17,624 nt of DNA from Pedosphaera sp. (GTDB lineage Bacteria; Verrucomicrobiota; Verrucomicrobiia; Limisphaerales; SIBH01), in assembly GCA_031414955.1 (NCBI GenBank), contig JANOQV010000018.1:1-17624 (forward strand), given 5' to 3'. The notes under the pieces were generated by a model. It made no database searches, was not told the DNA's origin, and saw only the letters and a list, made by a program, of their open reading frames with translations. The translations under genes were made by a program, and so were the position numbers. Position 1 is the first letter of the stretch. Every line of letters begins with the position of its first letter. Of this stretch, positions 1-9,300 are shown one piece after another.

Positions 1-100
1 CCCGTCCTCGGGCGCAGCAAGGTGAAGACTTGGAGCGCGTTGGAAAAATCCACACCTGCCGCCTTTTCCGCGTTGCTGCGCCCGGGGACGGGCGCACTCC
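1..100. repeat. REP/REPIN-like long inverted repeat, left arm truncated by the window edge
   Basis: 1-20 CCCGTCCTCGGGCGCAGCAA is the reverse complement of 73-92 TTGCTGCGCCCGGGGACGGG with one mismatch. The right arm continues CGCACTCC to position 100. Each arm is itself a hairpin, and a small TGGA-AAAA-TCCA hairpin lies in the spacer. Confidence 0.8.
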
Positions 101-148
101 GGGGCCAGTGGCCTTCGCCGTCCAAACGACTTTTCAGACCGGCTCTAA
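1..148. mobile_element. Possible non-autonomous MITE right end with an IS5/IS1031-like terminus enclosing the palindrome
   Basis: 131-148 TTTTCAGACCGGCTC-TAA reads TTA-GAGCCGGTCTGAAAA on the minus strand. GAG termini with a TNA target duplication are typical of the IS1031 group of IS5. The partner end is not in the window and there is no transposase. Confidence 0.4.
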
Positions 149-230
149 GCCCAAAACCGCCGCCGCGCTTCGGGGGCCGCAGTTCGCAGGCACGATTCTC
201 CCGCACTGGAAGCGAGAGGGGAAAGTTGCC

Positions 231-1418
231 TCAGGCCTGGGCCGCGGCCAGACCGCGTTGCCGGTGGCGTTCGTGCAACTCATGCATGGAAGCCAACACG
301 GTCGCGGCGTCCATCTCATGCACCTCGAAGCCGCGGCCCACGCCCTGGAGTAGAGTGATGGTCAGTTGCCCGCCGAGATGTTCGCGGAATTCCTCCAGCC
401 CTTTCAGCACCACGCAGCCGCCCGAGGAATCCTCATGCAGCAGTTCGTTGGCGAAGAGCTCGAAGCCCAGTTCCTCCAGCAGCGCCAGAATGCGCTCGGT
501 GCTCACCGTGTCGAGGAAGCCCTGCCGGCGCGAATAGATCACGTCGAGCGCGATGCCCACGGCCACCGCCTCGCCGTGCCGGATGCGGTAGTCGGAAATT
601 TGCTCCAGCTTGTGCGCCGCCCAGTGGCCGAAGTCCAGCGGACGGGCCGAGCCAAACTCGAACGGATCGCCGGAGGTGGCGATGTGGTTCATGTGCAACT
701 CGGCTGAGCGAAAGATGAGCCGCTGCATGGCCTCGGGATCGAACGCCGCCAGCTTGGGCGCGTCGCGCTCGATCTGGTTGAAGAAGGCCGGATCGCGGAT
801 CAGCGCCACCTTCACGGCCTCGATGTAGCCGGCGCGTTTGTCGCGCGCCGGCAGCGAGGCCAGCAGATCGAAGTCGTTGATGACGGCGAAGGGCGGGGCG
901 AAGGTGCCGATGAAATTCTTCTTCCCGAAAGCGTTGATGCCGTTCTTCACCCCCACGCCGGAATCGTCCTGGCTCAAAGTGGTGGTGGGAATCCGCACAT
1001 GCCGCACGCCCCGATGGGCTGTCGCCGCCGCCAGTCCGGCCACATCCAGCAAGGCTCCGCCGCCAATGGCGACGATGTAGGAGTGACGATCAATGTGGTG
1101 CTTCTCCACCAGCGACTGAATTTCGGAGACGTGGAAATAGGAATTCTTGGCCCGCTCGCCACCTTCCAGAAGCATGGGCGGGCAGACCAGCTTCAGGGCG
1201 CTTCGGCGGGCTTCGAAATAGTGATCGATGTCCGTGATCAATTCCGGCTGGGCTGCGGCCAGCGTCTCGTCGAGCACCACCAGCACTTTGGCCGGGGAGT
1301 GGCTGGTTTCCATCGTCAGCACCTGCGCGAGCAGATCGTTCCCCGCGCGCAAAACGCCGCGTGTGAAGTAAACGCGATGCCGGTAGCTCACCTGGATATT
1401 TCGTTCGATGCAGGCCAT
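231..1418 (-). CDS. eboD: 3-dehydroquinate synthase family sugar-phosphate cyclase, EboD-like
   Basis: ORF with DHQS-family motifs GGERAKN, AIGGGALLDVAG, RIPTTTLSQDDSGVGVKNGIN, KKNFIGTFAPPFAVINDFDLL, EAVKVA and HGEAVAVG. GVKN and DPFEFGSARPLDFGHWAAHKLE replace the canonical AroB GGKT and LNxGHTxGHAxE, as in the EboD subfamily. ATG at 1418 preferred; the alternative is TTG at 1427. Confidence 0.88.
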   Translation of the reverse strand: MACIERNIQVSYRHRVYFTRGVLRAGNDLLAQVLTMETSHSPAKVLVVLDETLAAAQPELITDIDHYFEARRSALKLVCPPMLLEGGERAKNSYFHVSEIQSLVEKHHIDRHSYIVAIGGGALLDVAGLAAATAHRGVRHVRIPTTTLSQDDSGVGVKNGINAFGKKNFIGTFAPPFAVINDFDLLASLPARDKRAGYIEAVKVALIRDPAFFNQIERDAPKLAAFDPEAMQRLIFRSAELHMNHIATSGDPFEFGSARPLDFGHWAAHKLEQISDYRIRHGEAVAVGIALDVIYSRRQGFLDTVSTERILALLEELGFELFANELLHEDSSGGCVVLKGLEEFREHLGGQLTITLLQGVGRGFEVHEMDAATVLASMHELHERHRQRGLAAAQA

Positions 1419-1528
1419 GCTTTTCAATTTCGATTTTTCGACGCCGCGCCGCCAGATTTATTCTTCCGCCCTGGCCGGCGCATGAATTGAAACTGGTCTG
1501 ACGCAGCCTTTGGGCTTCAACTAGCGCC

Positions 1529-2296
1529 ATGTTCAGCCTGAAAGACAAGGTGGCGCTGGTGACCGGGGCCGGCTCCGGCATCGGAGCCTCGATTGCGGAG
1601 GTTTTCGCCGCCGCCGGAGCGTTTGTTTTCGTCGCGGATCGCGTTGAAGCCGGCGGTCGGGACACCGTGCAGCGCATTCAAGCCGTCGGCGGTCAGGCGG
1701 ATTTCATGGCCCTCGACATCACGAGTGAGGCGCAGTGCGAAGCCGCCCTCGCGGTCGTGCATCACAAGTTCGGACGCCTCGACCTCCTCGTGAACAATGC
1801 CGGCATCGGCCATGTGGGCACGCTGCTTCAGACCACCGGCCGCGACCTCGACGCCCTCTACGCCGTGAACGTGCGCGGCATGTTCAACCTCACCAAGGTC
1901 TTCCTGCCCGGCATGGTGGAGCGCAAGCACGGCGTGGTGCTTAACATGGCCTCCATCGGTGGAGTGGTCGGGGTGCGTGACCGGCTCGCTTACACGACCA
2001 GCAAGTTTGCCGTGGTGGGATTTACCAAGGCCTTGGCCCTGGATCACGCGCTCGATGGGGTGCGCGTCAACTGCCTTTGTCCGGGGCGGGTGGAAACACC
2101 TTTTGTCAAAGCGCGGCTGAAGGAATATGCGGATCCTGAAAAGGCGTATCGCGAAATGGCCTCAACTCAGGCGCTCGGGCGCATGGCGCGGCCGGAGGAA
2201 ATCGCCGCGGCCGCGCTTTACCTGGCCAGCGATGAAGCCTCCTTCATTACCGGCACGGATTTCATCATCGATGGCGGCTGGAGCGCCGGAAAATAG
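1529..2296 (+). CDS. Classical short-chain dehydrogenase/reductase (SDR), probably NAD-dependent; resembles sugar-acid dehydrogenases
   Basis: 255 aa with TGAGSGIG, an acidic residue at the end of beta2 (VADR), NNAG, catalytic S...YTTSK, VRVNCLCPGRVETP and C-terminal ASFITGTDFIIDGG. Confidence 0.95.
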   Translation: MFSLKDKVALVTGAGSGIGASIAEVFAAAGAFVFVADRVEAGGRDTVQRIQAVGGQADFMALDITSEAQCEAALAVVHHKFGRLDLLVNNAGIGHVGTLLQTTGRDLDALYAVNVRGMFNLTKVFLPGMVERKHGVVLNMASIGGVVGVRDRLAYTTSKFAVVGFTKALALDHALDGVRVNCLCPGRVETPFVKARLKEYADPEKAYREMASTQALGRMARPEEIAAAALYLASDEASFITGTDFIIDGGWSAGK

Positions 2297-2330
2297 CGTG
2301 CCGGCCGCGTCTCGCTGGTCCGGCCCGAGG

Positions 2331-2879
2331 CTACGCCGGCATCATGCCGGTTTGGCGCGCGTAATTGAACAGACCGCCCGCGTCCACCACCGGGCGCACG
2401 TCGCCGAGAGGCTTGAAGTGATAGGTCTTCCCCGTCGCGGCAACCTGCACGGTCGCAGCGTCGAGATCCACCGTGACCACATCGCCGGTCTGCAACACCT
2501 CGCAGAGGCGTTCGGTGGCCTCGCAGGGATAAAGCTCGCCGGTCGAGACGCAGTTGCGGAAGAAGATGCGGGCAAAGCTTTCCGCCAGCACCACGCGGCA
2601 GGTCGCCGACCCGAGGGCGATGGGGGCGTGCTCGCGGGAACTGCCGCAGCCGAAATTCCGCCCGGCCACGATGATGGGATACTCCGTGTCGAGTTGCCCG
2701 TCCGGGATGAAACGCTTCGGATAGAGCGAGTTCGGCAGGCCCCACATGGCGTAGCTTCCGAGTTTTTCATACTCTTCCGCGATGGTCGGGACGAGGTTCA
2801 GGAACTGCGCGGGGATGATCTGATCCGTGTCGATATTGTCGCGCACGACATAAACTGGGCCGGTGAAGACGCTTTGCAT
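2331..2879 (-). CDS. leuD: 3-isopropylmalate dehydratase small subunit (aconitase swivel domain)
   Basis: Motifs DNIDTDQIIPA, GRNFGCGSSREHAPIALG and AESFARIFFRN. ATG at 2879 (MQSVFTG..., 182 aa) is preferred over the upstream start at 2915. Confidence 0.92.
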   Translation of the reverse strand: MQSVFTGPVYVVRDNIDTDQIIPAQFLNLVPTIAEEYEKLGSYAMWGLPNSLYPKRFIPDGQLDTEYPIIVAGRNFGCGSSREHAPIALGSATCRVVLAESFARIFFRNCVSTGELYPCEATERLCEVLQTGDVVTVDLDAATVQVAATGKTYHFKPLGDVRPVVDAGGLFNYARQTGMMPA

Positions 2880-3299
2880 CGCGGCAAATCTGCGGTCGCT
2901 TCCCCGGCATTTCAAATGAATTCCTGTTCCACGAGCCGGATCGTGAGGGGCGGGGTGATTTTTTCCACCGCTGGAACCTCACCCGCGCGGCTGCGTCCGA
3001 AGCAGGGTTTAGTTTTTGTGTTACTGCTCACTGGAAAGCGCAGCTTCGTGGCGGGTTTGAAATTGCTTTCACAGTTCAGTCGGAGTTTGATTCTCACAAT
3101 TCGAATGCGCGCTTACCCAAGCTGCAATTTTAGCTCACGCCCTAGGGTGTGGACTGCACGGACGACTCGGGCCTCGAGCCGGCCGGGTGCCACGGGCGGT
3201 CCTGACTTCAATGCAGAACCGGTTGATGTCATCGCTCCAACATAACCCCCGTTTTTTGACGCCTGATTCGCTATTTTCCGCCTTTCCAGTCGATTTAAT
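2880..3299. promoter_or_regulatory. Divergent promoter/leader region between leuD and the giant gene
   Basis: 420 bp between divergent genes with no convincing ORF and AT-richer patches. Contains the palindromes TGAAATTGCTTTCA (3058-3071) and CACGCCCTAGGGTGTG (3136-3151). Confidence 0.6.
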
Positions 3300-3377
3300 A
3301 TGAAAGCCATGTCCACCTCTCTTTTCGCCGTTGCCTGCTCCGTCTTGCTCCTCTTGGCCGCCCCGCGCGCCCTCGCC
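3300..3377 (+). other. Sec/SPI signal peptide of the giant protein
   Basis: MKAMSTSLFAVACSVLLLLAAPRALA: basic N-terminus, hydrophobic core, A-L-A cleavage motif at residue 26. Confidence 0.85.
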
Positions 3378-6300
3378 ACCGCCAACTACGTGTACCATGA
3401 GCGCACCGCCAATAATCCCGGCTGCGGCGCCGGTGCCTATGTGGATGTGCTCAAGCCGACCACCGCGCAGAGCGTCACGGTGCGCTTCAAGGTCGAATAC
3501 CAGTTCTACACCGACAACGTGCGCATCTACTACACCACGGATGGCTCGAATCCCGCCGGCGGCTTTGGCACCGCCTCGAACGCCGCCACCTCCGTGGTGG
3601 TGGCCGGCTACGATTGCAACTTTGGCGGCGGCCCGGTGACCGATGTGGCCAGCGGCGTCATCCCGGCCCAACCCGCCGGCACCGTCGTCAAGTACATCAT
3701 CAGCGCCTGGCATTCCGGCGGCGGCCAGGAAATCTTCGCCAACAGCGGCGAGTTCAGCAGTCCGTTCAATTTTTCCACCTCCGCCACCATCTTCTCCTAC
3801 ACCTCCTGCGACACCCCCTCGCTGACCTGCCCGGCCAACATCACCACGAACACCGCGGCTGGCGTCTGCAATCAGGTCGTGAATTTTACCCCGTCGGTCA
3901 CTGGCGCGTGCAATCCGGTCGTGGTCTGCAACCCCGCCAGCGGTTCCACCTTCGCCCTGGGCGCGACCACGGTGAATTGCGGGGCCACGAATGATTCCGG
4001 CTTTTTTGCCATTTGCTCCTTCAGCGTGACGGTGAATGATCTGCAAGCGCCCGCGTTGACCGCGTGCCCCGCCAACATCACCAACGTCGTCGACTTTGGC
4101 CTCTGCACCACCACCGTGCCCTATGCGGCCCCGACCGCCCTCGACGCTTGCGATGGCGTCGTGACCGTGACTTGCACTCCGCCCAGCGGTTCCACTTTTG
4201 CCCAGGGTGTCACCACCGTCACCTGCGAGGCGCACGACACCGTCAACAACACCAACACTTGTGCCTTCGTCGTCCGCATCAACGACACTCAGTTCCCCAC
4301 CATCACCGCGCCGGTGGCCATTGAGGTCTGCATACCCGCCGCCCAGGCTGGCGCGGTCGTCAGTCTCGGCACGCCGATCACGGCGGATAACTGCGCTGTC
4401 GCCACCGTGGTCAGCAACGCCCCGGCGGTCTTTCCGCCCGGCACCAACGTCGTCACTTGGACAGTCACCGACACCAGCGGGAATGCCGCCGTGGCGTTCC
4501 AGACCGTCATCGTCCGCAAGAGCGTCTCTCTCGTCGGCCCCTCCGGCGCAACCAAGTTCCCGGGGGACAGTGTCACCTTCAGCACGGTTGTTTCCGGCAC
4601 CGGCCCCTTCACCTACGTCTGGCGTCTGAACGGCGGCAGCCCGCTGGCCTCGACCAGCAACAGTCTCACCATTGCCTCCGTGCTCATTGGGGACGCCGGC
4701 AACTACAGTGTGGAGGTGACCGGCTATTGCGGCGCGGTTGGTTCGGCGACCAACACCGCGGCCCTCGCCGTGGTGGGCGCGGCCCCGACCATCAGCGTGC
4801 AGCCGGCCAGCCGCCTGCTCAGCCCCGGCACGCCGGTGACCCTCTCCGTGGTCGCCGCCAATGCGACCGGCTATTTCTGGTCGCGCAACGGTTCGCCGAT
4901 CGCGGGCCAGACGTCTCCAAACTTGATCTTCAGCGACGTCCAACTCGCGGATGCTGGCAGCTACCTCGTGGTGGTGAGCAACGTCAACGGCACCGTCACC
5001 AGCCAGTCGGCCTTCCTCTCCGTGGTCGCGGCGTCGGACTTGAACCCGCTCGGCGCGAATCTCATCGACTTCAACAGCGTCGGCCAGTTCACCAACAACT
5101 TCGGCGTGCGCAACAAGGCCGGCAACCAGACCAACGTCTGGTATGAGACCAACACCTCCGGAGTGGCCAACAGCCGGGCGCTCGAAGGCGTGGTCGGCAG
5201 CCTCACGGACAATACCCTCACCTATCTGGGTGACTCGTTCACCTTTCCGAGCGTGAGTGGCGCGTCGCTGAACATGTCCATCATGTTCAAGGGCAAGCCG
5301 CGCCCCGCCAGCGGCAATCCCATCGTGCAACTCGGCTTCTTCAGCAGCACCAACACGGTTCACTTCGTGACCAACTCTTTCATGGAAGGCAACAGCCTGG
5401 CCAACTGGATGAACTTGCGTCTAGTCGTGGCCAGTGCGGCGACCAACCTGCAATTCGAATATGGCGTGCTCATCACCACCAATCGCGGCACCGCCTTCAC
5501 CTATAACAACGCCCTGACGGTCGCAACCCCTGTCGGCCCGATCCCTGCCACCAACTCCTCCTTCACCAACTGGTACAAACTTACGGCTACATTCACCCGC
5601 AACGCGGAAGTGACCAATATCTACATCGCCGGCACTCTGCAGGACATGGGAGCGGATGGCACCGTGCCCGGCGCCACGGTCATGACTTTGGCCTCCTCGC
5701 CCATCACCAATCTTCTCGTCACCCAGGGCTTCCTTGGCGATACGTTCTACCCCGCCATTCGGTCCCTCGAAGGCAACGGTGCGGACAACCTCGACAACTT
5801 CGCTGTGTGGGCGACCAACGGTGCGCCCGTGGCCAGCGTGGTTCCGGCCAGTTCGAGCATCAGCGCCTTCCGCACCACGACCTTCCGCGTCCGGTTGGAC
5901 GGCACCCCGCCGTTCACCTTCCAGTGGTACACCAACGGCGTGGCCGTGCCCGGTGCTGTGGCGGCGGCCTACACTCCGCCCGCTCTCGCGGCGGCTGGTT
6001 CGTTCAGCGTCAGCGTGGCCGTGACCAACGGCTCGGGCGGCGTGGTGACGACGCCCGCCACCTTGACCGTCACCGCCGATGGCACCGCTCCGAATGTGGT
6101 CTCGGTCGGCAGCGTGGACGGCACAATCATTGGTTTGGCTTTCGACGAGTCTGTGAATTCCGCGCAGGCCCAAACCGCCGGCAATTACACCGTCACGCCC
6201 GGGGGCGCGCCCTCGAGTGCGGTGCTCCTGGCCGATGGCCGAACGGTCCGGCTGACCATGTCCTCGCCCATCTCCGGCAGCTTCTCTGTAGCCGTCAGTG

Positions 6301-9300
6301 GAGTGACAGATCTGGCGGGCAACGCCCTGGCCACGACCTCCGCCGCCGGCACTGTGCTGGGTTTGACGCCCACCGACATCGGCTCCCCGATGACGGCGGG
6401 ATCTTCTTTCAGCAGCAACGGCGGCGACATCGACGTGACGGCGGGCGGGCAGGACACCGGCAGCATCGCTGATCAATTCCACGCCACCATGCAGGCGCGC
6501 ACCGGCGACTTCGATCTCAAGGTGCGGGTGCAAAACATCATCCGCGCGCGGAACTTCAATAACATCCAAATCAACCGTGATGAAGTTGCCGGGGCGGGCT
6601 TCATGGTTCGGGAAAGCCTCAATCCGGGCAGCCGCGATATTTACATGCGCTTGTTTCCGAGGGACACGGGCATGCCGGCGGGCGGCAACCGTTTCCAGTG
6701 GCTCAACCGTGGTTCAACTTTCGCAGCCGCTGGAAATCTGAATCCGCCGAATGCCGACACCGCCGCGCCGGCCTATCTGAGTTTGTTTCCCAACGCGTGG
6801 ATGCGGATGCGCCGGGTCAACAACACCTTCACGCTTTACTGGAGCACCAACGGGGTGAACTGGACGCAGGGCGCGCAGACCACGCAGACCTACCCGACCA
6901 CCGTCCAGGCTGGCCTCGCCACTTCCGCGCACTTCGACTCGCCTGATTATCCCGTCACCGCGCAGTACCGGAATTACGGCGACTACTCCGTGCCCGGCGC
7001 GGGTCTCGGCTTCGCCATCAACCTTCCTGCCAATGTGGGCCTGAACCTGATCTGGCCCGTGACCAGCGCCGTGCCCTCCATGACGGTGACAGCGACGAAC
7101 ACCGGCACTATTTTCCCCAGCAACGAAATTCACTTCGTGTGGCAGCGCGGAGATGGAGCGGGTGGTTTCACCAATGTGCCCAACGTTACGGCCCAGCCGG
7201 CCTCCACGCCCTTCACCAACTCGGCCGTGGGCAATTTCAACACCATGCCCTACGGCGTGGGCGACAGCGGCAGCCAGTTCCGCGTCATCGCCAACGGCCC
7301 CGGCCTTGCCGTTACCAGTTCGGTCACGACGCTGCTCATCAGCTACTCCGACTCGGCGGCGCCGGCGGTGGTCAACACCTCCGTGTTGCTGGGTGGCAAC
7401 ACCCTGAGCCTGATCTTCAACGAGGCCATGATCGGCACCGGCCTTTCCAACGCGGCCAACTACGTCATCACCAACTCGCTTGGCCAGGTTGTCACGGTGA
7501 CCGGCGTGCTGGTGGAATACGCCGGCCAGGGCACGAACAACGTGACCCGCGTGGTGCTGACCACCGGCTCGGTGCTGACCAACGGCACGTTCTACTTCGT
7601 GCGGCTCAACAATCTGTTCGGAACCAACGGCGTGCCCATCGTGGCCAACACCATCGCCACGGCGGCCACACCGGGGACGGTCAAGATTGAGATCTTCAAC
7701 AATCTCGCTGCGGACACCCTGCTCAACACATTGACCGGCAACGCCAAGTATCAGGCGAACATGGCCGACTACGTTTATTGGACCAACGTCTTCAACTACA
7801 ACCACAACGGCTCGGCGTTCGGCACCTTCCTCAACACCTACGGCGGGCGCATTTCCGGCTACTTCATCCCGCCCAGCAACGGTGTGTATCGGTTTTACGT
7901 GCGTGGTGACGACGGCTTCGCGCTCTTCATGAACACCAACACCTTCGAGAGCTGGAATCCCAACGGTAAGTCGTTGCTGTGTTCCAACGCGACCGCCAAT
8001 GCCAACTACGCGGCCACCATCACCAACCAGCTTTCCACCAACGTGACGCTCGTCGCCGGGCAAGCCTACTACATGGAGGGTCTGTGGAAGGAGAACAGTG
8101 GCGGGGATGGTTTCACCATGGCCTTCCGGGAAGCCGGTGTGGCCACAGTCCCGGCCATTACGGAAAATGCGGACGGACGTTTCTTCCAGCCCACGCTGGA
8201 GGTGGCCTTCACCAATCTCACGGCCGCGACCAACCTCGCGCCGTTCCGCGTCGAGGTGTACACCAACATCGCCGGCACCACCGTGGCCACGCTGACCAAT
8301 GCGCCCACCTTCCTGGCCAACACGCCCAGCTTCGTCGTTTACAGCAGCGGATTCGGCTACTTGGCTGACTTGCTGGCCTCGGGCGGATTCCCCTCCACGC
8401 TGGACAATTACGGCGCGCGCATCTCCGCCTGGTTCGTGGCCCCGAGCAACGGTTTCTACCGCTTCTTCCTGCGTGGCGACGACGACTGCCAGATCTTCAT
8501 GAACACCAACGGCAGCGCGCCCAGCGGCAAGACTTCCGTGGCCTATCTCCCCAGTTGGCGGCCCACCTACACCAACGTCACCGCGTTGCAGAGCCTGACG
8601 GGCGTGACCAACACCGGCGTCACCCTGCCCATCCAGTTGACCAACGGTCAGTACTACTACATCGAGGCGCTGATGAAGGAGAACGTCGGCGGCGACGGCA
8701 TCGGCGTGGCCTTCCGGAGCTACATCACCCTTGCTGAATCCACGAACAGTGTGGTGGCTCCGCCCAGCAATGAAGTCGCCCAGCTCACCTTCTTCCGGCC
8801 CGTGACCAACGCCCTCTCCACCGCCACGCCCTACTGGCCGCCGGTCTTGATGGAGCTTTATCAGAACTACGGGGCTGGCTTTGGCGGTTCGACGGTCGCC
8901 GACTTGCAGGCCAACGGCAAGTTCCAGGCCGGCATGCCCGACGCCCTGATGCCCGTGCCGAGTTTCAGCCTTAATCGCGACGGCATCACCTCACAGTTCC
9001 CCGGTGATAACTACGGCGTGCGTCTCTCCGGCTATTTCGTCGCGCCCAGCAACAGCGTCTATCGCTTCTTCATCAAGTCTGATGACAGCTCGATCCTCTT
9101 CATGAACACCAACGGCGTGGATTTCGGCGGCAAGGTGCAGATTGCCCTGCTCAACGGCTCGCGCAATTCCTACGCGAACAATGACGGCACCATGTCCACC
9201 GCCATCACGCTGACCAACGGCCAGCGCTATTACATGGAACTGCTCTACAAGGAAGGTGCGGGCGGCGATTACGGAGCCGTGGCCGTGGTTGGCACCGGCA

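Noticed and set aside
22..537. Plus-strand ORFs 22-537 and 30-353, and a minus-strand GTG frame running off the left edge
   Set aside because: They run through the palindromic repeat or lie antisense to the cyclase, and their composition is not protein-like.
231..1418. Calling the cyclase canonical aroB
   Set aside because: Diagnostic motifs differ (GVKN, DFGHWAAH) and no shikimate-pathway genes are adjacent. DHQ synthase activity is not excluded.
2297..2330. Bidirectional terminator between convergent SDR and leuD
   Set aside because: Only an imperfect GCCGG...CCGGC hairpin with no U-tract on either strand, which is expected by chance at this GC content.
2127..3245. 372-aa plus-strand ORF
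   Set aside because: Overlaps the SDR and lies antisense to the clearly real leuD, with no recognisable motifs.
3130..3260. Known riboswitch (c-di-GMP-I/II, guanidine-I, TPP, SAM, ZTP)
   Set aside because: Only short fragments resemble these classes and the conserved cores are missing. Kept only as an unclassified candidate leader.
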